A DNA stretch of 63,462 nt, filler included, from Saprolegnia diclina VS20 (lineage: Eukaryota): the NCBI RefSeq assembly GCF_000281045.1. It is 7 parts of 6 records of this genome, joined end to end, with 100 filler letters (N's around TTAATTAATTAA, not from the genome) between each part and the next. Parts side by side here need not be neighbours in the genome. Positions count along the whole stretch, not along the records: positions 1 to 19,998 come from NW_008246270.1; 6 more parts are not named here. The stretch is one strand, 5' to 3'. Shown piece after piece: positions 1-10,612 of the stretch. Each line of letters begins with the position of its first letter. Position 1 is the stretch's first letter. The translations under genes and the position numbers were made by a program. The notes under the pieces are model-generated. The model was not told the DNA's origin, searched no databases, and worked only from the letters and a program-made list of their open reading frames with translations.

Positions 1-229
1 CAAGCGGAAAGGCCAGACAACACCGAGAGCTTCGGTCGTCGGCAAGCGATAGTCTCGTAGCCAGCAGAGGTATTGGGCATCACTTGGCTGTAGTTGAGCG
101 TTCAGGTGATGCCAAGGACCTAGGTCGATGGTCTGCAGCGCCTTGGAATGCTCACAGAACCAACTTGTCTTGAAAGAAGAAGACAACTTCAGCACACTTC
201 ATTAGGCAAAATAGAACGAGATGAAAAGC

Positions 230-1048
230 TCAGGCGGAGAGAGCGTCGAGGCGGGCGTCGGCGCGGGTGCGCTTGTGCTTGCGGTGGAGTTTGTAGTACG
301 TCCAGTCGCGGCAAAACGTACACTGGTACGTGCCCGCCAAGAGCACCGTGTTGCTGGCCGAAGTCAGCGCATTCGGCTGGAACTTGGCGCACTCGTCGCA
401 GCACGGCTCGGGTCCACGCTTGCGCATGTTGAAAGGATGCTCGTTGGTGAAGGTGACCATGACGACCTTCTTGGCAAGAAGGTCGTCATGGCCACCAAGA
501 AGTTCTTGGTGGTCGCGGCCAACGGGTGCGGGTCTTCTTCAGTGAGCTCTGGGGCCGCATCCGTCGACGTTGCAGGAGCGACGCTGCCAGAGGCTTCGTG
601 TTGCGCTCGAAAGTCGGCGAGCTTGGGCAGCGGCGGGGGAACCTTGTTGGCTGCAATCGCCTTCTTTCGCGCGTAACTAGGAAGAGACATGAGACAACCA
701 CTTCAACGCAAGCACAATGTACCAAGCTCGGTCGTATGCGTTTTTGAACGCCCGATTCGCCAAGTGCCACGACTTGGACTTGGCCAGGATGACTTTCTTG
801 TGCTTGTGATTGTATTCCTTCTTCTTCGCCAGCACTTGCGCACGATTCTTCTCGTAGTAGGTCTTGCCCTTGACCGCAATCTTCTCCTTGTTGGCAGCGT
901 GGTACGTTTTCTTTCGGGCCCGCTCTTTGTCTGCGTTGGCAGCAGCGTACTTCTTCTTCCGGATCGCGATCTTTTCCTTGTTAACAGCGCGGTACTTCTT
1001 GTCGTGAATGCGCTTCTGCGCCTTCTTGACGTCGTCTGGCACCGCCAT
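230..1048 (-). pseudogene. Spliced gene for a Lys-rich 15-aa-repeat protein with a C-terminal CxxC..CxxC motif, frameshifted by a 35-nt templated insertion (468-502)
   Basis: A canonical 46-nt intron 722-677 (GTACAT..CTAG) joins ORF 677-1096 in frame to ORF 364-690 (AYDRAC|YARKK). Deleting 468-502 joins that in frame to ORF 230-460 (TTK-KVVMVTF..CDEC..CTFC). Start could be 1048 or 1096. Confidence 0.5.
452..512. repeat. Two overlapping quasi-palindromes
   Basis: GGTGACCATGACGACCTTCTTG-G-CAAGAAGGTCGTCATGGCCACC (452-496; 22-bp arms, 1 mismatch) and CCACCAAGAA-G-TTCTTGGTGG (492-512). Confidence 0.9.
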
Positions 1049-1526
1049 GGCTTCTTGGAGAATGCCACGTTTGAGCCGGTTGGATTCGATTTTCATATCC
1101 GGAGGATTCTGCGTTTATCCGGATACGTAAACGCCCGTTGCCAACTAGACGATGGCAGCAGGCAAGCCTCTGGCGAGGTCCTGCTACAACGGTGCTTTCT
1201 TGGCGCTTGCGACTGCGATTGATCTCAGCAAAGCGCCTCAAGTCCTTCGAACGAGGCTTCTGTCCTGGCTCCTCATCGCCAATACACTTGGTTCCCAGTT
1301 GCTTGACAAGTCCAATTCGACTCGGTGAATGCCTTGGTGAAACTGCGTACGTGCTGCCACGTATTTTTATCCGGATAATCTTGCCATCAAAACCTTGGGT
1401 TGGGGCAATCCTTGTTGCAGCCTCACAGCGACCGACGACCAGACTCTAGGGTAGCCCGTCCACTGTGGTCAACACTCGAAGGCGACAAGTACAGGAGGAA
1501 GGCAATATACGTTAGAGGCACGACGT

Positions 1527-3143
1527 CTACTTGATGGGCGTGAGCGGCTTGCGCGCCATGAAAAAGTACGACGGCGTAAAGATGTCCATCTTGCCGGCGG
1601 CGACAATGTCGTCGGCCGTCTTGTTGAGCATGAGCGAGACCTTGACCGTGCCCTTCGGGGCAATCTTGAGAAACTCGAGCGTCGAGACGAGGATGTGCGT
1701 GCACTGGCGGCCGAGCCACGTCATGCGGAAGCCCTGGAGCGTAAAGTACTTGCCCTCGAGCGTGTCGTACCACGGAATCTCATTCGGGTCGCGGTGGTTG
1801 TCCTGGAGGCTGAAGTGGTCGAGCACTTCGAGGCCGGCGTCTTCGAGGGCCTTGGCGATCTGCGCCGGCGTCTCGAGCGTCGGGAGACCGTTCCCGACTT
1901 CGATTCCTTCCTTGAGCTCGACGTGGTGCATGTTGGTCGGGTCGTAATGGTTGAGGACCGCCCAGTCAAGGCCGACAAAGACACCACCGGGCTTGAGGAC
2001 GCGGCAGGCTTCCGAAAAACACGCCTTCTTATCGGGCGCGTGGCACACCGACTCGATCGCGTACACGCTGTCAAAGGTACCGGCTTCGAACGGCATCTCC
2101 ATGAAGTTGCCCTGCTGGACGTGGCACTGGTCCTCGAGGCCGTTCTGCTTGTTGTTGCGGTTGGCGACGCGCACTTGGTACTCGTTGATCGTGATGCCCT
2201 TGATCTTAGCGCCCGAGAAGCGCGCAATGTTGCGCATGGGCCCGCCAATGCCGCAGCCCATGTCGAGCGCGTACTTGCCCTTGCAAAGACCCAGCTTGCC
2301 CGACAAAAAGTACTCGACGCGGCGGATCGACTCGCGGAACGTTTCGTCGCGGAACCGGTTGGCAAAGTGGAACGACTGGCCCCAGCCGTACTCGTAGAAG
2401 TCCGTGACGAGATCGTAAAAGCTGTCGACCATGACCTTGTACTCGGTCTGGCGGTGCTTGATGCTCTCCTCGGTCGAAATCGCACCGGCCTCCTTGCGCG
2501 CACCGGCAAAGAGCTTGTCGTACTCGTCGAAACGCGCGTTGACGCCGTCGCGCGACAAGACCGAGTCTGGGTTCGAGAGGAGGCGCGTCGATCCGAGCAG
2601 CGTCGTCTGGAAGTCGCTGCCGTCGCGGCTCGTGCTCGTGTTGGCCACGTCCTTAGCGGTCGTGAAGATGGCCGTGGCAAAAACGACAATGGCGGCGACA
2701 ATCGCGCCCTGGGTCAAGGCAGAACTCTCAATGCGAAGGACACCGACGAGCGAGATGAAGAAGACGAGCGTGGCCGCGCCAATCGAGACGACGACCGACT
2801 TGGACTCGGCGCGGATCGCGCTGACGCTAAAGTCGGCGAGAAGCAGCGTGAGGGCGGCAAAGCCGACGAGCACCGAGTTGACGTCGTGGGCGACGTTGGC
2901 GTTGGCAGCGAGCTGCTGGTTGACGGCGGCGACGCGGACGGCGACGAGGAAGAAGGCGGCGGACGCGACCCAGTTGAAGAGCTGGGACGCCGGGAACGAC
3001 TTGCCCGGTACGAACATGCTGAGCACGGCCTTCGAGTGCAAGAGGAGGCCGGCGGCGAAGAGCCCGGCGGAGACGCCCGTGGCCGTCGCGACGCCTTGCT
3101 CGTGCTGCTCAAAGTAGAGCTTCAGCGCGTCGACCGAGAACAT
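1527..3143 (-). CDS. SMT1: Sterol C24-methyltransferase (ERG6/SMT family), 538 aa, with a multi-pass hydrophobic N-terminal extension
   Basis: SMT motifs FYDLVTDFYEYGWGQSFHFA, SAM-binding LDMGCGIGGP, YAIESVCHAP and IEVGNGLP. ATG 3143 lies just downstream of an INR/FPR element. Confidence 0.92.
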   Translation of the reverse strand: MFSVDALKLYFEQHEQGVATATGVSAGLFAAGLLLHSKAVLSMFVPGKSFPASQLFNWVASAAFFLVAVRVAAVNQQLAANANVAHDVNSVLVGFAALTLLLADFSVSAIRAESKSVVVSIGAATLVFFISLVGVLRIESSALTQGAIVAAIVVFATAIFTTAKDVANTSTSRDGSDFQTTLLGSTRLLSNPDSVLSRDGVNARFDEYDKLFAGARKEAGAISTEESIKHRQTEYKVMVDSFYDLVTDFYEYGWGQSFHFANRFRDETFRESIRRVEYFLSGKLGLCKGKYALDMGCGIGGPMRNIARFSGAKIKGITINEYQVRVANRNNKQNGLEDQCHVQQGNFMEMPFEAGTFDSVYAIESVCHAPDKKACFSEACRVLKPGGVFVGLDWAVLNHYDPTNMHHVELKEGIEVGNGLPTLETPAQIAKALEDAGLEVLDHFSLQDNHRDPNEIPWYDTLEGKYFTLQGFRMTWLGRQCTHILVSTLEFLKIAPKGTVKVSLMLNKTADDIVAAGKMDIFTPSYFFMARKPLTPIK

Positions 3144-3158
3144 GCTGCAGAAGCTGGC

Positions 3159-3174
3159 AGATTGCGGAATGAGC
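3159..3174 (-). promoter_or_regulatory. Oomycete INR/FPR core promoter of SMT
   Basis: GCTCATTCCGCAATCT matches 15/16 positions of the GCTCATTYYNCAWTTT consensus and ends 15 nt before the ATG. Confidence 0.75.
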
Positions 3175-3373
3175 TGCAGATCTTGACCGCTTCGAAGTTT
3201 TGGGCGTTCGAGTTTACCGTTTGCACCGTACGTACGGTGGACGTACCTCTCCATACAAACATGAAATGAAAGCGTACATTGATACAGTACAAGGAGAATG
3301 TACGGGCGTTGTACGGTGCTGAGCTTGAAGTTTGTGGTACAAACGTCGTGGCGGGCGGGCGCCGCGATCCGGG

Positions 3374-3417
3374 TTTGGCCAATCATCGACGAGTAGCGCT
3401 TGCATTTTGGCCAATCA
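3374..3417. promoter_or_regulatory. Paired CCAAT boxes upstream of SMT
   Basis: TTTGGCCAATCA occurs at 3374-3385 and 3406-3417. Confidence 0.5.
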
Positions 3418-5413
3418 GCAGCGGTGAAAATGGATACAAAGATTCGCCTTGCACGACTACCAATATTTGCTGTGAAATAAAATACAAAGGTGGTCTTTCT
3501 TTTACAAAAAACAAGTATAAATCTATGAAATGTATAAAAATGGCGGAGATTCCGACGCGATACCTTTTTTAAATTGGGCAAACGCGCGAATAAAACCACC
3601 CATTCGATCCCGATTAGTGAAATGCTGCATCGCAGTAAACATAGTACTACATCGTGGAGGCTCGTCGTCGCATTTTGTGACGTCGGCGGTGCCACGAGAT
3701 ACTTGAAGACGGAGGGTGTGGACTGGTGCATGTAGCCCCATCCAAGCCATCCAAGCGTCCAGCCATTGCCGTTTGAACCGGTGTTAACAGCTGCAGCCTC
3801 TTCTTTGGGTAGCCGAGATCGCCGACTTCGGCGCTTTGCACCAATTCGAGCTCGTTCCAGCGTGCGATGCCCGTATGTACGTGTCCCAAGCTCGCTGATT
3901 GTGGGCCGCGCACAGTCGCGTGCAAGCTTTGCCAGCTGGGCGTCGGGGGTCGTCACCTATACAGGGTGAAAAATGTATTTCACACGGTGGTCTATTGAAA
4001 CGGCGGCGGGAAATGTGGATCTCGCACGTGGGGTCAACATGCGCGCTGAACCCTTTGTCTCGTGGCCGCGCGCTGATGCAAATGAATGTCCAGAGCACAT
4101 GCGTGTCCCATATAGTTCGATTCGAGTGCAGACTTGGTCGCTGGTGCAACATCTGAGAAGTGTCAACGGTTTAGCTTGAAGTGTCGATGCTAGATTGTGG
4201 TTTCTGACCACATTTGTGGACGCTTGGACCAGACGACAACGTCAGACTCGCCTTGTCCCGTTGCTATTGCATGCTTTGATACCACGTTGCGTGAGCAGTA
4301 TGGCGGGACCGCCCCAGCAGTAGCTGCCTCGGTGCAGTCGACGAGCACAACCTCCGACTCTCCACTAAGAATACGCCCACAGCGCGTTTCTGACGACCTT
4401 TACTCGCGTCTTGTCCGTTGCCAGCTCCGTCTTTCGCTGTTTGGTCACCAAACAAAGCGCGATCCGCGTCCGTGCACGTGGTGCTGCCACGCGTGCGGTC
4501 CGTGAAAAACGTATGTGTTCAAAACCCATGTTTTTCACGTTTTTCACTTTGAATGCGACGTGTGATTACGCAAGGTTACGCGATCTTGGACCGCGCGGAC
4601 CACGAGAGGCGACAACGAACGTCAACACGGGCGCGGCTTCGGGAAGTTTCCTCGGAGCCCGCCATTGGGCGTGACGAATCCGAATCGCGTCAACTCATTC
4701 GCTCGCCATCGACCAGCCTGCGACTGCTGATGGCATCGACGCGCTTCGCGTAAGCCAGCCATCGCCGGGTGTTTGTCGTCACTCGGGTGCAACGTCGCAC
4801 GCGTCTGTCGGCAACCTCCTCATTGCACCTTCCGACTCGCTTGGCTCGCGCATCTGGAAGCTGCCGCGGTGTTGGTTGCATGAACCCTCGCGCGCGTCAA
4901 GCCACAGCAGCGAGCGTGGCGAGCGCAGACGATGCGAAGAAGCCCGAGGTCCAGCGTGGCAGCTGTGCACGCCTCGGTTGTCGAGCATCGACCGCTGTGT
5001 CGGCGCAGACATCCTTGGTCGTTCTCACAAAGCTTGTGGCCGTTTGCGGTCTGGGACGGCCAAGCCGGTCGGACCACTCGTGTGTCGACATGCACGCCTG
5101 GCCCAGCCATTTTGTACCTGTGGTCTGCGCTCGATGTCGCCACTGATCTCTGCAAGCGCCAGAATCTTCTGTGTCTTTGGCGATGGATCCAACATTGCGC
5201 AGTCGGCGCTTCATTTCCGGTAGGCTATGCTGCCTGTTTTAGCCCTGGTTTTAGGGCGTATCTCCAGTATTGTATGGCGCCACGTCGGTCAAGATACGAC
5301 CGGAATGGCGCGCCACGTGGCAGGCGGAGCGATCGTGGTGAACTGATCCCTATCAGACACTGGAAGACGAGCGAAGCCAAAATGAACATTAACATTCAAC
5401 GATTTCTTCCATC

Positions 5414-8400
5414 ATGGGCTCGGATGGTGGAGGAGCGGTCCCGGAGGCGGCGCCGTACTTTGCGCTCCCGATCGAGAACGTCGACGTCCCGCACCCGTAT
5501 GCGACGGCTTCGTTCGTCACCAAGCTCAGCTACGGGTGGGTCACCAAGCTCATTGCGCTCGGCGCATCGACGCCGCTCCTGGCCGACGACGTCTGGTCGC
5601 TGCCACCCCCCGAGACGTGCGCAGGTCTGCATACGCCCTTTCTGACGCACTGGTCGGCGGCGACCGCGTCGCCGTCCATTCCTCGCTTTAGCCGCGCGCT
5701 GGTCCGCAGCTTTCGACGCGACCTCGTCATCGCACTCGTGTCCTTCTTGCTCGCAACGGCGGCCGCCATCGCGCAGCCACTCCTCGTCCAGGCGCTTTTG
5801 CAGTACCTCCAGCGCCAGCCCATTTCGTTTCTCGGCTTGGAGAACGGGTATGCGCTCATGGCGCTATTGACGCTTGCGGCGTTTCTCCAAGCGCTCTGTG
5901 TCAACTATGGCTTCTTCACGTCGTACAAGGTCGGCGTCAACATGCGTTCGATCGTCATGGACATGGTCTACGACAAGGCGCTGCGGCTCTCGTCGGCCGC
6001 GCGGCAGCAAACGACGAGCGGCGAGATCGTGACGCTCATGAGCTCGGACGCCGAGCGCGTCGCCGAGATGGCCAACGAAGGCGTCTGGATCATCGCATCG
6101 CCCGTCACGTTCCTCGCGTCGCTATTGCTGCTCGGTGCGTTCTTTGGCCCGCTCCCCGCGCTTGTCGGAGCGGCCACGACGACGCTCATCCTCGGAGGCT
6201 CGCTCTGGCTTGCGTCCGTCATTGGTGCATCGCGCCTTGACGCGACGTCGCTCTCGGAACAGCGCGTGCGCGTCACGAGCGAGGTCTTGCTCGGTATCCG
6301 CGTCATGAAGATGTACGCGTGGGAGCCCGCGGTGGCGGCGCGCCTGCAGCGGCTTCGCGACGCCGAGACGCGCCATCTCCGCAAGCTCAACCGATACCGC
6401 GTCTCGAACGTCGAGTTCCTCTTCCTCTCGCCGCTCTTTGTCGGCGCATCCATCCTCTCGACCTACATTTGGCTCGGGCATGCTGTCGACGTGACGCAGA
6501 TTTATACACTTATTGCGTTCACCAACATGAGTCGCCACGCCCTCTACAACTTCCCGCGCGCGATCGCCGGGCTCTCGGAAGGTCTCGGCGCCGGTCGCCG
6601 GCTCGACGCCTACTTGGCGCTTCCGGAGCAAGTCGTCGCGGGTCCCAACGCAACGGCGACACCGCCGACGATGCCCGGTGCCATTGCACTTGTCGAGGCG
6701 GCGTGGACGTGGCAGCGTGGCGGCTTTGCAGTTGGCCCCACCACGCTCACAATCTCGCCCGGTGAACTCGTCATGGTGGTCGGTGGCGTCGGCGCCGGCA
6801 AGTCGAGTTTCCTCAGTGCGCTTGCAGGCGAGCTCCTCGTGACGACCGGTGAGGCCACGAGCCTCCGCGGCCGCCTCGCGTTCTTGACGCAAGAGCCCTG
6901 GATTCGCAATGCGACGATTCGCGACAACATTCTCATGGCCGCGGCAGTCGTCGACGAAGCCCGGTATGCGGCCGTGCTGGGCGCGTGCCAGCTCGCGCAC
7001 GACTTGCGCTTGCTGCCGCAAGGCGACGCGACCGAGATTGGCGAGCAAGGCGTCAACCTCAGCGGCGGCCAAAAGGCGCGCGTGCACTTGGCGCGCGCGC
7101 TCTTCGCGGCCAACACGGACGTGCTTTTGCTTGACGACCCGCTCAGCGCCGTGGATGTTCACGTTGCCCAAGCCATTTTCGAGTCGGCGCTGCTCGAGTT
7201 CGCGCACTTGAAAACGCGACTGCTCGTGCTCAACAGCCACTATCACTTCCTGCCGCGCGCGGACCGGATTCTCGTGCTCGAGAAGGGCCAGGTCGTCTAC
7301 GACGGTCCTTTTACAAACGAGCTCGTGACTCGGTACCCCGAGTATGCGTCCGAGCCCCCAAGTGCGGCGAAGCGAGTGCCTCCCGCACTCAACACTGTCG
7401 AGCAGAGTAGCAAGGCGGCAGAACCCACCGCGCTCATGCAGATTGAAGATCGCGCGCAAGGCAGTGTCGGCAAGGTCATTTACTTGGCGTACTTTGGCCA
7501 CGCCGGCACGCAAGGCGGTGTCGTCGCGCTCGCGCTTGTCGCTGCCTTTGGGCTCGGCCAAGGCGTCCGCATCGTCGCCGACTGGTTCCAAGGGCACTGG
7601 GGCCAGCACTTTGACACGACCGCGATCGCTTTGCCGCATCTCGGTCTCTACCTCCTCGTGGTGGGAAGCGGCGCCTTGTTTTACGGTCGGTGCCAGCTGC
7701 TCGTGTACTATACGGGTGCGTGCTCCGATGCTCTGCACAAGGAGCTTCTCTCGCGGCTCCTCGCGGCGCCCATCAACTTGTTTTACGATGTCACACCGAT
7801 CGGCCGCATCCTCAACCGGTTTGCACGGGACTTGGACATTGCCGACAGCTTGCTCCCAAACCTCTTTCTCGACTCACTCGAGACGCTTTGGGTTGTCGCC
7901 GGCGCGCTTGTCGTGTGCGCCTTGGCGTCGCCGTACGTTGCGATCGCGTACGCTCCGATTTTGCTTGTCTTCTACTATGCGGGCGAGTACTTCAAGCGTA
8001 CTTCCCGGGAGCTCAAGCGGCTCGAAGGCATCTCCCGGTCGCCGATCTTCAGCTCGTTCGCCGAGACACTGGACGGCGTCCGGACGATTCGCGCGTTCAA
8101 TTTGCAGCAAGTGTTTCACGACTGGAACCGAACGGCCGTCGACGCCAACGCCAAGGTGCTCTTTGCGATCGTCGGCGCCAGTCGGTGGCTCTCGCTGCGC
8201 ATGGACGTAATCTCCGTCCTGCTCATCGCTGGTATCACGACCATCTTGCTGCAGCTGCGCGACACGGCCCTCTCGCCGACTCTCGCCGGCCTCACGCTGG
8301 TGTACTCGCTGGCGCTTATATCCAACGTGCAGTGGGCGATTCGTCTCTTCGACTTGACCGAGAGTGCCATGACTGCGGTCGAGCGGCTCCTGCACTTCAA

Positions 8401-9172
8401 GACGATCCCAACCGAAGAGCTACACGGAGCCGTGCCACCGCCGAATTGGCCGACACAAGGTCGCCTCCGGTTTGAGAACCTCCACCTGCGCTACCGACCC
8501 GAGCTGCCGCTTGTACTGCACGGCGTCTCGCTCGACATTGCCGCGGGCGAGAAGATTGGAATTTGCGGCCGCACGGGTGCTGGCAAGTCGTCGCTCATGG
8601 TCGCGCTCTTCCGCCTCGCCGAGTTTGACGCTGGGACCATCTACATGGACGGCGTCGACATTGCGCGCATGGACTTGGCGTCGCTGCGGCGGGCGCTTGC
8701 GATCATCCCGCAAGACCCCGTGCTCTTTAGCGGCAGCATTCGGTCGAATTTGGATCCGTTTCAGGAGAAATCGGACGACGAGCTCCAAGCGGTGCTCGTC
8801 AAAGCCCATTTGCCGCTACCGCTGGACACGGACGTCACAGAGAACGGCGCCAACTTGTCGGTGGGCCAGCGCCAGCTGCTCTGCATTGGCCGCGCGCTCT
8901 TGCGAGAGAGCCGTGTCGTCGTCATGGACGAAGCGACCGCCAACGTCGACTTGGCGACCGACGCGCTTATCCAGCGCACGATCCAAGACGCGTTTCGATC
9001 GAACGCGACAACCGTGCTCACGATCGCCCACCGACTGCACACGATTCTGCACTGCGACCGCATCGTCGTGCTGCAGAACGGTGTGGTTGCCGAAGCCGCG
9101 TCGCCCGCCGAGTTGCTTGCGACACCCACATCGCACTTTTACAGTCTCGCCCACCAAGCGGGCATCGTCTAA
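5414..9172 (+). CDS. ABC transporter, ABCC/MRP subfamily (TMD-NBD-TMD-NBD), 1252 aa, single exon
   Basis: Walker A GGVGAGKSS and GRTGAGKSS; signatures LSGGQKAR and NLSVGQRQL; ABCC motifs FYDVTPIGRILNRF, RELKRLE and IIPQDP. Confidence 0.95.
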   Translation: MGSDGGGAVPEAAPYFALPIENVDVPHPYATASFVTKLSYGWVTKLIALGASTPLLADDVWSLPPPETCAGLHTPFLTHWSAATASPSIPRFSRALVRSFRRDLVIALVSFLLATAAAIAQPLLVQALLQYLQRQPISFLGLENGYALMALLTLAAFLQALCVNYGFFTSYKVGVNMRSIVMDMVYDKALRLSSAARQQTTSGEIVTLMSSDAERVAEMANEGVWIIASPVTFLASLLLLGAFFGPLPALVGAATTTLILGGSLWLASVIGASRLDATSLSEQRVRVTSEVLLGIRVMKMYAWEPAVAARLQRLRDAETRHLRKLNRYRVSNVEFLFLSPLFVGASILSTYIWLGHAVDVTQIYTLIAFTNMSRHALYNFPRAIAGLSEGLGAGRRLDAYLALPEQVVAGPNATATPPTMPGAIALVEAAWTWQRGGFAVGPTTLTISPGELVMVVGGVGAGKSSFLSALAGELLVTTGEATSLRGRLAFLTQEPWIRNATIRDNILMAAAVVDEARYAAVLGACQLAHDLRLLPQGDATEIGEQGVNLSGGQKARVHLARALFAANTDVLLLDDPLSAVDVHVAQAIFESALLEFAHLKTRLLVLNSHYHFLPRADRILVLEKGQVVYDGPFTNELVTRYPEYASEPPSAAKRVPPALNTVEQSSKAAEPTALMQIEDRAQGSVGKVIYLAYFGHAGTQGGVVALALVAAFGLGQGVRIVADWFQGHWGQHFDTTAIALPHLGLYLLVVGSGALFYGRCQLLVYYTGACSDALHKELLSRLLAAPINLFYDVTPIGRILNRFARDLDIADSLLPNLFLDSLETLWVVAGALVVCALASPYVAIAYAPILLVFYYAGEYFKRTSRELKRLEGISRSPIFSSFAETLDGVRTIRAFNLQQVFHDWNRTAVDANAKVLFAIVGASRWLSLRMDVISVLLIAGITTILLQLRDTALSPTLAGLTLVYSLALISNVQWAIRLFDLTESAMTAVERLLHFKTIPTEELHGAVPPPNWPTQGRLRFENLHLRYRPELPLVLHGVSLDIAAGEKIGICGRTGAGKSSLMVALFRLAEFDAGTIYMDGVDIARMDLASLRRALAIIPQDPVLFSGSIRSNLDPFQEKSDDELQAVLVKAHLPLPLDTDVTENGANLSVGQRQLLCIGRALLRESRVVVMDEATANVDLATDALIQRTIQDAFRSNATTVLTIAHRLHTILHCDRIVVLQNGVVAEAASPAELLATPTSHFYSLAHQAGIV

Positions 9173-10006
9173 GCAGGGAGCTGACACAAACGATGGTGTT
9201 GTCCTTTCCGGTTCCAGAGGATTCTAGTGAATTATCAAGTAAACGACTAGGGGTAATCTCGTGGTTTCTTCGGGAGGTTTTGGTCGAGCTCTTTGGCTGA
9301 GGTTTTGCACTGGGGTAGCGTGCAATCTAGCGGAAGGATCGCGTACTACACGTGACGTAGTTTGGACTCGTCGGTGGACGGGACCATCGGGATCATATGC
9401 ATTGAAGTTCAACGTACCCTGCCCCAAACCTCGGTATATATATTGCCCTACCGCGCTAGCGTGCGGACACCGGCTATCGTCGGGTGTACTTCCTACGCTC
9501 GTGGTTTGCGCTATCGCGCAGGACCCGGCTGCGCCGGGGTGGACTCGCTTCGCTCGTGGCGAGCTGCGCGCGGGCTTGACCAAATTTGACTCTTCCCGAA
9601 GCGCTACGTACATCGGAATAACTTGTTGAGATTTCATTTGGCCCTATCGCGATTAGCGCAAAATACAGATTATCTGCCACCTCGCCGCAAAATAGTCGTT
9701 CTTCAATTGAAAGATAGACCGTTTGCAGGTGCAGTCGAAGCGCCTCCGACCGCCACGTCATCTATAGGATCTTCGTATGCACACATGCAGCGTGCGTTGG
9801 ATCCTTGATGTCGGGATCGTATCGCTCGACGCTGCAATTCGTCAACCTTGACCCGTTCTACTGAGCTACTGAGGGTTTAGAGTGGTAGGTTTACCCAATA
9901 CGTTCCCGTTCGCTTGACATTTCAAGCCCAAACGCACGTCTGCTCTGTCGCGGAGTTGAAGCTACCACCACGAAAATGCACACAATGTCCTTAAAGTAAC
10001 AATATG

Positions 10007-10612
10007 TCATCTGTCGAGGAGGCACGCGAGGTCGTTCAATGTGAACGGCGCGTCGCCAAAGGCCAAGCACGAGTTGACAAGGTGTTGAAGGCACTGGCGG
10101 CGGTACTCGGCGCGCTTCCGGTCCTTGATTTTGGTCGGCATCACAGCTTGGAGCAGGTTGTGGAGCTTCCGCGTCGCACGAACGTCGTCGTCGCGAAAGA
10201 ACTCGGCTTCGTCTTCCCACGCGTGCGACGCCAAGGTGCGCCAGCACGCAAAGTCAGCTTTCGACAGCGGAGAGACGTCGCGCTCGGGCCGCGCGTAGGC
10301 TGCGGCCTCGTGACCTGCAAAGTGCGCAGCGCGACTGAGAAAGTTGGCCACCGCTTTCTCAACCGACGCGTGGGGCGATTCGAGGCGACCGACACGGAAG
10401 AGCCATTCATCAAACGACTCTGGTCGGTGGTACGAAATGCGTTGCGGCACGAGAATGAACGAGACGCGCTTGGTGTCTTGGTTGCTCGGCGGCATGGCTG
10501 AAGACTTGGTGGGTACGAGCTTGGCGGGCAGCGAGGTGCGGCGGCGGTAGCGCTGGTGCGAGCGAACGTCCATGACGCCCCGCAGCGATCCCCGAGGCGG
10601 CGCCTGCAGCAT
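10007..10612 (-). CDS. Hypothetical protein, about 201 aa
   Basis: Coding-like GC3-rich ORF with an INR/FPR-like TCATGCTTGCAGTTTC just upstream of ATG 10612. No domain recognised. Confidence 0.55.
   Translation of the reverse strand: MLQAPPRGSLRGVMDVRSHQRYRRRTSLPAKLVPTKSSAMPPSNQDTKRVSFILVPQRISYHRPESFDEWLFRVGRLESPHASVEKAVANFLSRAAHFAGHEAAAYARPERDVSPLSKADFACWRTLASHAWEDEAEFFRDDDVRATRKLHNLLQAVMPTKIKDRKRAEYRRQCLQHLVNSCLAFGDAPFTLNDLACLLDR

Noticed and set aside
3144..3956. Extra 271-aa N-terminus in the 809-aa SMT ORF of the track
   Set aside because: Non-ATG start, AT-rich promoter-like sequence with CCAAT boxes, and the INR/FPR element sits just before ATG 3143.
1695..8809. Long antisense or alternate-frame ORFs over SMT and the ABC transporter (also 52754-54028 over GH3)
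   Set aside because: Expected shadow ORFs of GC3-rich coding sequence; no independent motifs.
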